A stretch of DNA of 64,000 bases from NCBI GenBank assembly GCA_043228905.1, contig JBHGNT010000087.1, positions 31,819-95,818 on the forward strand, given 5' to 3'. Position numbers and translations under genes: made by a program. Positions 1-13,100 of this stretch are shown in pieces (position 1 is the stretch's first letter; each line of letters opens with the position of its first letter). The notes under the pieces are model-generated. The model had not been told where the DNA came from. It saw only the letters and a program-made list of their open reading frames with translations, and ran no database searches. Source of the stretch: Azolla caroliniana. Its lineage: Eukaryota; Plantae; Polypodiophyta.

Positions 1-3000
1 GTTTGAACACAAAAATCCGATATCACACGAGCCAGGTATGAACATTTTCATTTACTCAAGGGCTCCCCTCAACTCACTCCTCAAATTTACTAATTTCCTC
101 ATGTCTCTCGACCTGAGTTTCAAAATCTTGATTTTTTAATTCTATCTCATAGCTAGCGTTGTTAGCTTCGAATCGCATGTTTGAACACAAAAATCCGATA
201 TCACACGAGCCAGGTATGAACATTTTCATTTACTCAAGGGCTCCTCTCAACTCACTACTCAAATTTGGTAATTTCGTCATGTCTCTCGACCTGAGATTCA
301 AAATCTTGATTTTTTAATTCCATATCATAGCTAGCGTTGTTAGCTTCGAATCGCATGTTTGAACACAAAAATCTGATGTAACACGACCCAAGTATGAACA
401 TTTTAATTTACCTACTAGCTCTTCTCCACTCACTCCTCAAATTTGGTAATTTCGTCATGTCTCTCGACCTGAGTTTCAAAATCTTTATTTTTTAATTCCA
501 TATTGTATCTAGCATTGTTAGCTTCGGTTCGCATGTTTGAACACAAAAATCCGATATCACACGAGCTAGGTATGAACATTTTCATTTACCTACTAGCTCT
601 TCTCAACTCACTCCTCAAATTTGGTAATTTCGTCATGTCTCTCGACCTGAGTTTCAAAATCTTGATTTTTTAATTCCATATCATAGCTAGCATTGTTAGC
701 TTCGAATCGCATGTTTGAACACAAAAATCCGATATCACACGAGCCAGGTATGAACATTTTCATTTACTCAAGGGCTCCCCTCAACTCACTACTCAAATTT
801 GGTAATTTCGTCATGTCTCTCGACCTGAGTTTCAAAATCTTGATCTTTTAATTTCATATCATAGCTAGCGTTGTTAGCTTCGGTTCGCATGTTTGAACCC
901 AAAAATCCGATATCACACGAGCCAGGTATGAACAGTTTCATTTACTCACGGCCCCTTCTCCACTCCCTCCTCAAATTTGCTAATTTCATCATGTCTCTCG
1001 ACCTGAGTTTCAAAATCTTGATTTTTTAATTCTATATCATAGCTAGCTTTGTTTGCTTCGATTCGCATGTTTGAACACAAAAAGCAGATATCACACGAGC
1101 CAGGTAGGAACATTTTCATTTCCGAACGGGCTCTTCTCCACTCCCTCCTCTAATTTGCTAATTTCTTCATGTCTCTTGACCTGAGTTTCAAAATCTTGAT
1201 TTTTTAATTCCATATCATAGCTAGCGTTGTTAGCTTCGAATCGCATGTTTGAACACAAAAATCCGATATCACACGAGCCAGGTATGAACATTTTCATTTA
1301 CTCAAGGGCTCCTCTCAACTCACTACTCAAATTTGCTAATTTCGTCATGTCTCTCGACCTGAGTTTCAAAATCTTGATTTTTTAATTCCATATCATAGCT
1401 AGCGTTGTTAGCTTCGAATCGCATGTTTGAACACAAAAATCTGATATCACACGACCGAAGTATGAACATTTTAATTTACCTACTAGCTCTTCTCAACTCA
1501 CTCCTCAAATTTGGTAATTTCGTCATGTCTCTCGACCTGAGTTTCAAAATCTTGATTTTTTAATTCCATATCGTATCTAGCATTGTTAGCTTCGTTTCGC
1601 ATGTTTGAAAACAAAAATCCGATATCACACGAGCTAGGTATGAACATTTTCATTTACCTACTAGCTCTTCTCAACTCACTCCTCAAATTTGGTAATTTCG
1701 TCATGTCTCTCGACCTGAGTTTCAAAATCTTGATTTTTTAATTCCATATCGTATCTAGCATTGTTACCTTCGTTTCGCATGTTTGAACACAAAAATCCGA
1801 TATCACACGAGCCAGGTATGAACATTTTCATTTACTCAAGGGCTCCCCTCAACTCACTCCTCAAATTTGGTAATTTCGTCATGTCTCTCGACCTGAGTTT
1901 CAAAATCTTGATTTTTTAATTCCATATCGTATCTAGCATTGTTAGCTTTGTTTCGCATGTTTGAAAACAAAAATCCGATATCACACGAGCTAGGTATGAA
2001 CATTTTCATTTACCTACTAGCTCTTCTCAACTCACTCCTCAAATTTGGTAATTTCGTCATATCTCTCGACCTGAGTTTCAAAATCTTGATTTTTTAATTC
2101 CATATCATAGCTAGCGTTGTTAGCTTCGAATCGCATGTTTGAACACAAAAATCCGATATCACACGAGCCAGGTATGAACATTTTCATTTACTCAAGGGCT
2201 CCTCTCAACTCACTCCTCAAATTTGGTAATTTCGTCATGTCTCTCGACCTGAGTTTCAAAATCTTGATTTTTTAATTCCATATCATAGCTAGCGTTCTTA
2301 GCTTCGAATCGCATGTTTGAACACAAAAATCCGATATCACACGAGCCAGGTATGAACATTTTCATTTACTCAAGGGCTCCCCTCAACTCACTCCTCAAAT
2401 TTACTAATTTCCTCATGTCTCTCGACCTGAGTTTCAAAATCTTGATTTTTTAATTCCATATCGTATCTAGCATTGTTAGCTTTGTTTCGCATGTTTGAAA
2501 ACAAAAATCCGATATCACACGAGCTAGGTATGAACATTTTCATTTACCTACTAGCTCTTCTCAACTCACTCCTCAAATTTGGTAATTTCGTCATATCTCT
2601 CGACCTGAGTTTCAAAATCTTGATTTTTTAATTCCATATCATAGCTAGCGTTGTTAGCTTCGAATCGCATGTTTGAACACAAAAATCCGATATCACACGA
2701 GCCAGGTATGAACATTTTCATTTACTCAAGGGCTCCTCTCAACTCACTCCTCAAATTTGGTAATTTCGTCATGTCTCTCGACCTGAGTTTCAAAATCTTG
2801 ATTTTTTAATTCCATATCATAGCTAGCGTTCTTAGCTTCGAATCGCATGTTTGAACACAAAAATCCGATATCACACGAGCCAGGTATGAACATTTTCATT
2901 TACTCAAGGGCTCCCCTCAACTCACTCCTCAAATTTACTAATTTCCTCATGTCTCTCGACCTGAGTTTCAAAATCTTGATTTTTTAATTCTATCTCATAG

Positions 3001-4160
3001 CTAGCGTTGTTAGCTTCGAATCGCATGTTTGAACACAAAAATCCGATATCACACGAGCCAGGTATGAACATTTTCATTTACTCAAGGGCTCCTCTCAACT
3101 CACTACTCAAATTTGGTAATTTCGTCATGTCTCTCGACCTGAGATTCAAAATCTTGATTTTTTAATTCCATATCATAGCTAGCGTTGTTAGCTTCGAATC
3201 GCATGTTTGAACACAAAAATCTGATGTAACACGACCCAAGTATGAACATTTTAATTTACCTACTAGCTCTTCTCCACTCACTCCTCAAATTTGGTAATTT
3301 CGTCATGTCTCTCGACCTGAGTTTCAAAATCTTTATTTTTTAATTCCATATTGTATCTAGCATTGTTAGCTTCGGTTCGCATGTTTGAACACAAAAATCC
3401 GATATCACACGAGCTAGGTATGAACATTTTCATTTACCTACTAGCTCTTCTCAACTCACTCCTCAAATTTGGTAATTTCGTCATGTCTCTCGACCTGAGT
3501 TTCAAAATCTTGATTTTTTAATTCCATATCATAGCTAGCATTGTTAGCTTCGAATCGCATGTTTGAACACAAAAATCCGATATCACACGAGCCAGGTATG
3601 AACATTTTCATTTACTCAAGGGCTCCCCTCAACTCACTACTCAAATTTGGTAATTTCGTCATGTCTCTCGACCTGAGTTTCAAAATCTTGATCTTTTAAT
3701 TTCATATCATAGCTAGCGTTGTTAGCTTCGGTTCGCATGTTTGAACCCAAAAATCCGATATCACACGAGCCAGGTATGAACAGTTTCATTTACTCACGGC
3801 CCCTTCTCCACTCCCTCCTCAAATTTGCTAATTTCATCATGTCTCTCGACCTGAGTTTCAAAATCTTGATTTTTTAATTCTATATCATAGCTAGCTTTGT
3901 TTGCTTCGATTCGCATGTTTGAACACAAAAAGCAGATATCACACGAGCCAGGTAGGAACATTTTCATTTCCGAACGGGCTCTTCTCCACTCCCTCCTCTA
4001 ATTTGCTAATTTCTTCATGTCTCTTGACCTGAGTTTCAAAATCTTGATTTTTTAATTCCATATCATAGCTAGCGTTGTTAGCTTCGAATCGCATGTTTGA
4101 ACACAAAAATCCGATATCACACGAGCCAGGTATGAACATTTTCATTTACTCAAGGGCTCC
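1..4160 (+). repeat. Duplication at 2848-bp (16-monomer) offset: 1-1312 matches 2849-4160
   Basis: Private variant CTGATGTAAC at 373 and 3221; rare D-type monomer ORFs at 1091 and 3939. The match breaks at 1313/4161. Confidence 0.9.
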
Positions 4161-7100
4161 CCTCAACTCACTCCTCAAATTTGCTAATTTCGTCATGTCT
4201 CTCAACCTGAGTTTCAAAATCTTGATTTTTTAATTCCATATCATAGCTAGCATTGTTAGCTTCGAATCGCATGTTTGAACACAAAAATCCGATATCACAC
4301 GAGCCAGGTATGAACATTTTCATTTACTCAAGGGCTCCCCTCAACTCACTCCTCAAATTTACTAATTTCCTCATGTCTCTCGACCTGAGTTTCAAAATCT
4401 TGATTTTTTAATTCTATCTCATAGCTAGCGTTGTTAGCTTCGATTCGCATATTTGAACACAAAAATCCGATATCACACGAGCCAGGTATGAACATTTTCA
4501 TTTACTCAAGGGCTCCTCTCAACTCACTACTGAAATTTGGTAATTTCGTCATGTCTCTCGACCTGAGTTTCAAAATCTTCATCTTTTAATTTCATATCAT
4601 AGCTAGCGTTGTTAGCTTCGTTTCGCATGTTTGAACACAAAAATCCGATATCACACGAGCTAGGTATGAACATTTTCATTTACCTACTAGCTCTTCTCAA
4701 CTCACTCCTCAAATTTGGTAATTTCGTCATGTCTCTCGACCTGAGTTTCAAAATCTTGATTTTTTAATTCCATATCATAGCTAGCGTTGTTAGCTTCGAA
4801 TCGCATGTTTGAACACAAAAATCCGATATCACACGAGCCAGGTATGAACATTTTCATTTACTCAAGGGCTCCTCTCAACTCACTCCTCAAATTTGGTAAT
4901 TTCGTCATGTCTCTCGAGCTGAGTTTCAAAATCTTGACTTTTTAATTCCATATCATAGCTAGCGATGTTAGCTTCGTTTCGCATGTTTGAACACAAAAAT
5001 CCGATATAACACGAGCCAGGTATGAACATTTTCATTTACCTACTAGCTCTTCTCAACTCACTCCTCAAATTTGCTAATTTCCTCATGTCTCTCGACCTGA
5101 GTTTCAAAATCTTGATTTTTTAATTCCATATCATAGCTAGCGTTCTTAGCTTCGAATCGCATGTTTGAACACAAAAATCCGATATCACACGAGCCAGGTA
5201 TGAACATTTTCATTTACTCAAGGGCTCCCCTCAACTCACTCCTCAAATTTGCTAATTTCCTCATGTCTCTCAACCTGAGTTTCAAAATCTTGATTTTTTA
5301 ATTCCATATCATAGCTAGCATTGTTAGCTTCGATTCGCATGTTTGAACACAAAAATCCGATATCACACGAGCCAGGTATGAACATTTTCATTTACTCAAG
5401 GGCTCCTCTCAACTCACTACTCAAATTTGGTAATTTCGTCATGTCTCTCGACCTGAGATTCAAAATCTTGATTTTTTAATTCCATATCATAGCTAGCATT
5501 GTTAGCTTCGAATCGCATGTTTGAACACAAAAATCCGATATCACACGAGCCAGGTATGAACATTTTCATTTACTCAAGGGCTCCCCTCAACTCACTCCTC
5601 AAATTTACTAATTTCCTCATGTCTCTCGACCTGAGTTTCAAAATCTTGATTTTTTAATTCTATCTCATAGCTAGCGTTGTTATCTTCGATTCGCATGTTT
5701 GAACACAAAAATCCGATATCACACGAGCCAGGTATGAACATTTTCATTTACTCAAGGGCTCCTCTCAACTCACTACTGAAATTTGGTAATTTCGTCATGT
5801 CTCTCGACCCGAGTTTCAAAATCTTCATCTTTTAATTTCATATCATAGCTAGCGTTGTTAGCTTCGTTTCGCATGTTTGAACACAAAAATCCGATATCAC
5901 ACGAGCTAGGTATGAACATTTTCATTTACCTACTAGGTCTTCTCAACTCACTCCTCAAATTTGGTAATTTCGTCATGTCTCTCGACCTGAGTTTCAAAAT
6001 CTTGATTTTTTAATTCCATATCATAGCTAGCGTTGTTAGCTTCGAATCGCATGTTTGAACACAAAAATCCGATATCACACGAGCCAGGTATGAACATTTT
6101 CATTTACTCAAGGGCTCCTCTCAACTCACTCCTCAAATTTGCTAATTTCGTCATGTCTCTCGACCTGAGTTTCAAAATCTTGACTTTTTAATTCCATATC
6201 ATAGCTAGCGATGTTAGCTTCGTTTCGCATGTTTGAACACAAAAATCCGATATCACACGAGCCAGGTATGAACATTTTCATTTACCTACTAGCTCTTCTC
6301 AACTCACTCCTCAAATTTGCTAATTTCGTCATGTCTCTCGACCTGAGTTTCAAAATCTTGATTTTTTAATTCCATATCATAGCTAGCGTTCTTAGCTTCG
6401 AATCGCATGTTTGAACACAAAAATCCGATATCACACGAGCCAGGTATGAACATTTTCATTTACTCAAGGGCTCCCCTCAACTCACTCCTCAAATTTGCTA
6501 ATTTCCTCATGTCTCTCGACCTGAGTTTCAAAATCTTGATTTTTTAATTCCATATCATAGCTAGCATTGTTAGCTTCGAATCGCATGTTTGAACACAAAA
6601 ATCCGATATCACACGAGCCAGGTATGAACATTTTCATTTACTCAAGGGCTCCTCTCAACTCACTACTCAAATTTGGTAATTTCGTCATGTCTCTCGACCT
6701 GAGATTCAAAATCTTGATTTTTTAATTCCATAACATAGCTAGCGTTGTTAGCTTCGAATCGCATGTTTAAACGCAAAAATCTGATATCACACGACCCAAG
6801 TATGAACATTTTAATTTACCTACTAGCTCTTCTCCACTCACTCCTCAAATTTGGTAATTTCGTCATGTCTCTCGACCTGAGTTTCAAAATCTTGATTTTT
6901 TAATTCCATATCGTATCTAGCATTGTTACCTTCGTTTCGCATGTTTGAACACAAAAATCCGATATCACACGAGCCAGGTATGAACATTTTCATTTACTCA
7001 AGGGCTCCCCTCAACTCACTCCTCAAATTTGGTAATTTCGTCATGTCTCTCGACCTGAGTTTCAAAATCTTGATTTTTTAATTCCATATCGTATCTAGCA

Positions 7101-10100
7101 TTGTTAGCTTTGTTTCGCATGTTTGAAAACAAAAATCCGATATCACACGAGCTAGGTATGAACATTTTCATTTACCTACTAGCTCTTCTCAACTCACTCC
7201 TCAAATTTGGTAATTTCGTCATATCTCTCGACCTGAGTTTCAAAATCTTGATTTTTTAATTCCATATCATAGCTAGCGTTGTTAGCTTCGAATCGCATGT
7301 TTGAACACAAAAATCCGATATCACACGAGCCAGGTATGAACATTTTCATTTACTCAAGGGCTCCTCTCAACTCACTACTGAAATTTGGTAATTTCGTCAT
7401 GTCTCTCGACCTGAGTTTCAAAATCTTCATCTTTTAATTTCATATCATAGCTAGCGTTGTTAGCTTCGTTTCGCATGTTTGAACACAAAAACCCGATATC
7501 ACACGAGCTAGGTATGAACATTTTCATTTACCTACTAGGTCTTCTCAACTCACTCCTCAAATTTGGTAATTTCGTCATGTCTCTCGACCTGAGTTTCAAA
7601 ATCTTGATTTTTTAATTCCATATCATAGCTAGCGTTGTTAGCTTCGAATCGCATGTTTGAACACAAAAATCCGATATCACACGAGCCAGGTATGAACATT
7701 TTCATTTACTCAAGGGCTCCTCTCAACTCACTCCTCAAATTTGCTAATTTCGTCATGTCTCTCGACCTGAGTTTCAAAATCTTGACTTTTTAATTTTATA
7801 TCATAGCTAGCGATGTTAGCTTCGTTTCGCATGTTTGAATACAAAAATCCGATATCACACGAGCCAGGTATGAACATTTTCATTTACCTACTAGCTCTTC
7901 TCAACTCACTCCTCAAATTTGCTAATTTCGTCATGTCTCTCGACCTGAGTTTCAAAATCTTGATTTTTTAATTCCATATCATAGCTAGCGTTGTTAGCTT
8001 CGAATCGCATGTTTGAACACAAAAATCCGATATCACACGAGCCAGGTATGAACATTTTCATTTACTCAAGGGCTCCCCTCAACTCACTCCTCAAATTTGC
8101 TAATTTCGTCATGTCTCTCAACCTGAGTTTCAAAATCTTGATTTTTTAATTCCATATCATAGCTAGCATTGTTAGCTTCGAATCGCATGTTTGAACACAA
8201 AAATCCGATATCACACGAGCCAGGTATGAACATTTTCATTTACTCAAGGGCTCCCCTCAACTCACTCCTCAAATTTACTAATTTCCTCATGTCTCTCGAC
8301 CTGAGTTTCAAAATCTTGATTTTTTAATTCTATCTCATAGCTAGCGTTGTTAGCTTCGATTCGCATATTTGAACACAAAAATCCGATATCACACGATCCA
8401 GGTATGAACATTTTCATTTACTCAAGGGCTCCTCTCAACTCACTACTGAAATTTGGTAATTTCGTCATGTCTCTCGACCTGAGTTTCAAAATCTTCATCT
8501 TTTAATTTCATATCATAGCTAGCGTTGTTAGCTTCGTTTCGCATGTTTGAACACAAAAATCCGATATCACACGAGCTAGGTATGAACATTTTCATTTACC
8601 TACTAGCTCTTCTCAACTCACTCCTCAAATTTGGTAATTTCGTCATGTCTCTCGACCTGAGTTTCAAAATCTTGATTTTTTAATTCCATATCATAGCTAG
8701 CGTTGTTAGCTTCGAATCGCATGTTTGAACACAAAAATCCGATATCACACGAGCCAGGTATGAACATTTTCATTTACTCAAGGGCTCCTCTCAACTCACT
8801 CCTCAAATTTGGTAATTTCGTCATGTCTCTCGAGCTGAGTTTCAAAATCTTGACTTTTTAATTCCATATCATAGCTAGCGATGTTAGCTTCGTTTCGCAT
8901 GTTTGAACACAAAAATCCGATATCACACGAGCCAGGTATGAACATTTTCATTTACTCAAGGGCTCCCCTCAACTCACTCCTCAAATTTGCTAATTTCCTC
9001 ATGTCTCTCGACCTGAGTTTCAAAATCTTGATTTTTTAATTCCATATCATAGCTAGCATTGTTAGCTTCGATTCGCATGTTTGAACACAAAAATCCGATA
9101 TCACACGAGCCAGGTATGAACATTTTCATTTACTCAAGGGCTCCTCTCAACTCACTACTCAAATTTGGTAATTTCGTCATGTCTCTCGACCTGAGATTCA
9201 AAATCTTGATTTTTTAATTCCATAACATAGCTAGCGTTGTTAGCTTCGAATCGCATGTTTGAACGCAAAAATCTGATATCACACGACCCAAGTATGAACA
9301 TTTTAATTTACCTACTAGCTCTTCTCCACTCACTCCTCAAATTTGGTAATTTCGTCATGTCTCTCGACCTGAGTTTCAAAATCTTGATTTTCTAATTCCA
9401 TATCGTATCTAGCATTGTTAGCTTCGTTTCGCATGTTTGAACACAAAAATCCAATATCACACGAGCTAGGTATGAACATTTTCATTTACCTACTAGCTCT
9501 TCTCAACTCACTCCTCAAATTTGGTAATTTCGTCATGTCTCTCGACCTGAGTTTCAAAATCTTGATTTTTTAATTCCATATCATAGCTAGCGTTGTTAGC
9601 TTCGAATCGCATGTTTGAACACAAAAATCCGATATCACACGAGCCAGGTATGAACATTTTCATTTACTCAAGGGCTCCTCTCAACTCACTCCTCAAATTT
9701 GCTAATTTCGTCATGTCTCTCGACCTGAGTTTCAAAATCTTGACTTTTTAATTTCATATCATAGCTAGCGATGTTAGCTTCGTTTCGCATGTTTGAACAC
9801 AAAAGTCCGATATCACACGAGCCAGGTATGAACATTTTCATTTACCTACTAGCTCTTCTCAACTCACTCCTCAAATTTGCTAATTTCGTCATGTCTCTCG
9901 ACCTGAGTTTCAAAATCTTGATTTTTTAATTCCATATCATAGCTAGCGTTGTTAGCTTCGAATCGCATGTTTGAACACAAAAATCCGATATCACACGAGC
10001 CAGGTATGAACATTTTCATTTACTCAAGGGCTCCCCTCAACTCACTCCTCAAATTTGGTAATTTCGTCATGTCTCTCGACCTGAGTTTCAAAATCTTGAC

Positions 10101-13100
10101 TTTTTAATTTCATATCATAGCTAGCGATGTTAGCTTCGTTTCGCATGTTTGAACACAAAAATCCGATATCGCACGAGCCAGGTATGAACATTTTCATTTA
10201 CCTACTAGCTCTTCTCAACTCACTCCTCAAATTTGCTAATTTCGTCATGTCTCTCGACCTGAGTTTCAAAATCTTGATTTTTTAATTCCATATCATAGCT
10301 AGCGTTGTTAGCTTCGAATCGCATGTTTGAACACAAAAATCCGATATCACACGAGCCAGGTATGAACATTTTCATTTACTCAAGGGCTCCCCTCAACTCA
10401 CTCCTCAAATTTGCTAATTTCCTCATGTCTCTCAACCTGAGTTTCAAAATCTTGATTTTTTAATTCCATATCATAGCTAGCATTGTTAGCTTCGATTCGC
10501 ATGTTTGAACACAAAAATCCAATATCACACGAGCCAGGTATGAACATTTTCATTTACTCAAGGGCTCCTCTCAACTCACTACTCAAATTTGGTAATTTCG
10601 TCATGTCTCTCGACCTGAGTTTCAAAATCTTGATTTTTTAATTCCATATCGTATCTAGCATTGTTAGCTTCGTTTCGCATGTTTGAAAACAAAAATCCGA
10701 TATCACACGAGCTAGGTATGAACATTTTCATTTACCTACTAGCTCTTCTCAACTCACTCCTCAAATTTGGTAATTTCGTCATGTCTCTCGACCTGAGTTT
10801 CAAAATCTTGATTTTTTAATTCCATATCATAGCTAGCGTTGTTAGCTTCGAATCGCATGTTTGAACACAAAAATCCGATATCACACGAGCCAGGTATGAC
10901 CATTTTCATTTACTCAAGGGCTCCTCTCAACTCACTACTGAAATTTGGTAATTTCGTCATGTCTCTCGACCTGAGTTTCAAAATCTTCATCTTTTAATTT
11001 CATATCATAGCTAGCGTTGTTAGCTTCGTTTCGCATGTTTGAACACAAAAATCCGATATCACACGAGCTAGGTATGAACATTTTCATTTACCTGCTAGGT
11101 CTTCTCAACTCACTCCTCAAATTTGGTAATTTCGTCATGTCTCTCGACCTGAGTTTCAAAATCTTGATTTTTTAATTCCATATCATAGCTAGCGTTGTTA
11201 GCTTCGAATCGCATGTTTGAACACAAAAATCCGATATCACACGAGCCAGGTATGAACATTTTCATTTACTCAAGGGCTCCTCTCAACTCACTCCTCAAAT
11301 TTGCTAATTTCGTCATGTCTCTCGACCTGAGTTTCAAAATCTTGACTTTTTAATTTCATATCATAGCTAGCGATGTTAGCTTCGTTTCGCATGTTTGAAC
11401 ACAAAAGTCCGATATCACACGAGCCAGGTATGAACATTTTCATTTACCTACTAGCTCTTCTCAACTCACTCCTCAAATTTGCTAATTTCGTCATGTCTCT
11501 CGACCTGAGTTTCAAAATCTTGATTTTTTAATTCCATATCATAGCTAGCGTTGTTAGCTTCGAATCGCATGTTTGAACACAAAAATCCGATATCACACGA
11601 GCCAGGTATGAACATTTTCATTTACTCAAGGGCTCCCCTCAACTCACTCCTCAAATTTGCTAATTTCCTCATGTCTCTCGACCTGAGTTTCAAAATCTTG
11701 ATTTTTTAATTCTATCTCATAGCTAGCGTTGTTAGCTTCGATTCGCATGTTTGAACACAAAAATCCGATATCACACGAGCCACGTATGAACATTTTCATT
11801 TACTCAAGGGCTCCTCTCAACTCACTACTCAAATTTGCTAATTTCCTCATGTCTCTCAACCTGAGTTTCAAAATCTTGATTTTTTAATTCCATATCATAG
11901 CTAGCGTTGTTAGCTTCGAATCGCATGTTTGAACACAAAAATCCGATATCACACGAGCCAGGTATGAACATTTTCATTTACTCAAGGGCTCCTCTCAACT
12001 CACTCCTCAAATTTGCTAATGTCGTCATGTCTCTCGACCTGAGTTTCAAAATCTTGACTTTTTAATTCCATATCATAGCTAGCGATGTTAGCTTCGTTTC
12101 GCATGTTTGAACACAAAAATCCGATATCACACGAGCCAGGTATGAACATTTTCATTTACCTACTAGCTCTTCTCAACTCACTCCTCAAATTTGCTAATTT
12201 CGTCATGTCTCTCGACCTGAGTTTCAAAATCTTGATTTTTTAATTCCATATCATAGCTAGCGTTCTTAGCTTCGAATCGCATGTTTGAACACAAAAATCC
12301 GATATCACACGAGCCAGGTATGAACATTTTCATTTACTCAAGGGCTCCCCTCAACTCACTCCTCAAATTTGCTAATTTCCTCATGTCTCTCAACCTGAGT
12401 TTCAAAATCTTGATTTTTTAATTCCATATCATAGCTAGCATTGTTAGCTTCGATTCGCATGTTTGAACACAAAAATCCGATATCACACGAGCCAGGTATG
12501 AACATTTTCATTTACTCAAGGGCTCCTCTCAACTCACTACTCAAATTTGGTAATTTCGTCATGTCTCTCGACCTGAGATTCAAAATCTTGATTTTTTAAT
12601 TCCATAACATAGCTAGCGTTGTTAGCTTCGAATCGCATGTTTGAACGCAAAAATCTGATATCACACGACCCAAGTATGAACATTTTAATTTACCTACTAG
12701 CTCTTCTCCACTCACTCCTCAAATTTGGTAATTTCGTCATGTCTCTCGACCTGAGTTTCAAAATCTTGATTTTCTAATTCCATATCGTATCTAGCATTGT
12801 TAGCTTCGTTTCGCATGTTTGAACACAAAAATCCGATATCACACGAGCTAGGTATGAACATTTTCATTTACCTACTAGCTCTTCTCAACTCACTACTCAA
12901 ATTTGCTAATTTCGTCATGTCTCTCGACCTGAGTTTCAAAATCTTGATTTTTTAATTCCATATCATAGCTAGCGTTGTTAGCTTCGAATCGCATGTTTGA
13001 ACACAGAAATCCGATTTCACACGAGCCAGGTATGAACATTTTCATTTACTCAAGGGCTCCTCTCAACTCACTCCTCAAATTTGCTAATTTCGTCATGTCT

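Noticed and set aside
1-178. Assignment to Arabidopsis CEN178 or a CENP-B box-containing satellite
   Set aside because: Only the length matches. From memory the sequence does not resemble CEN178, and I see no canonical CENP-B box (TTCG....A..CGGG).
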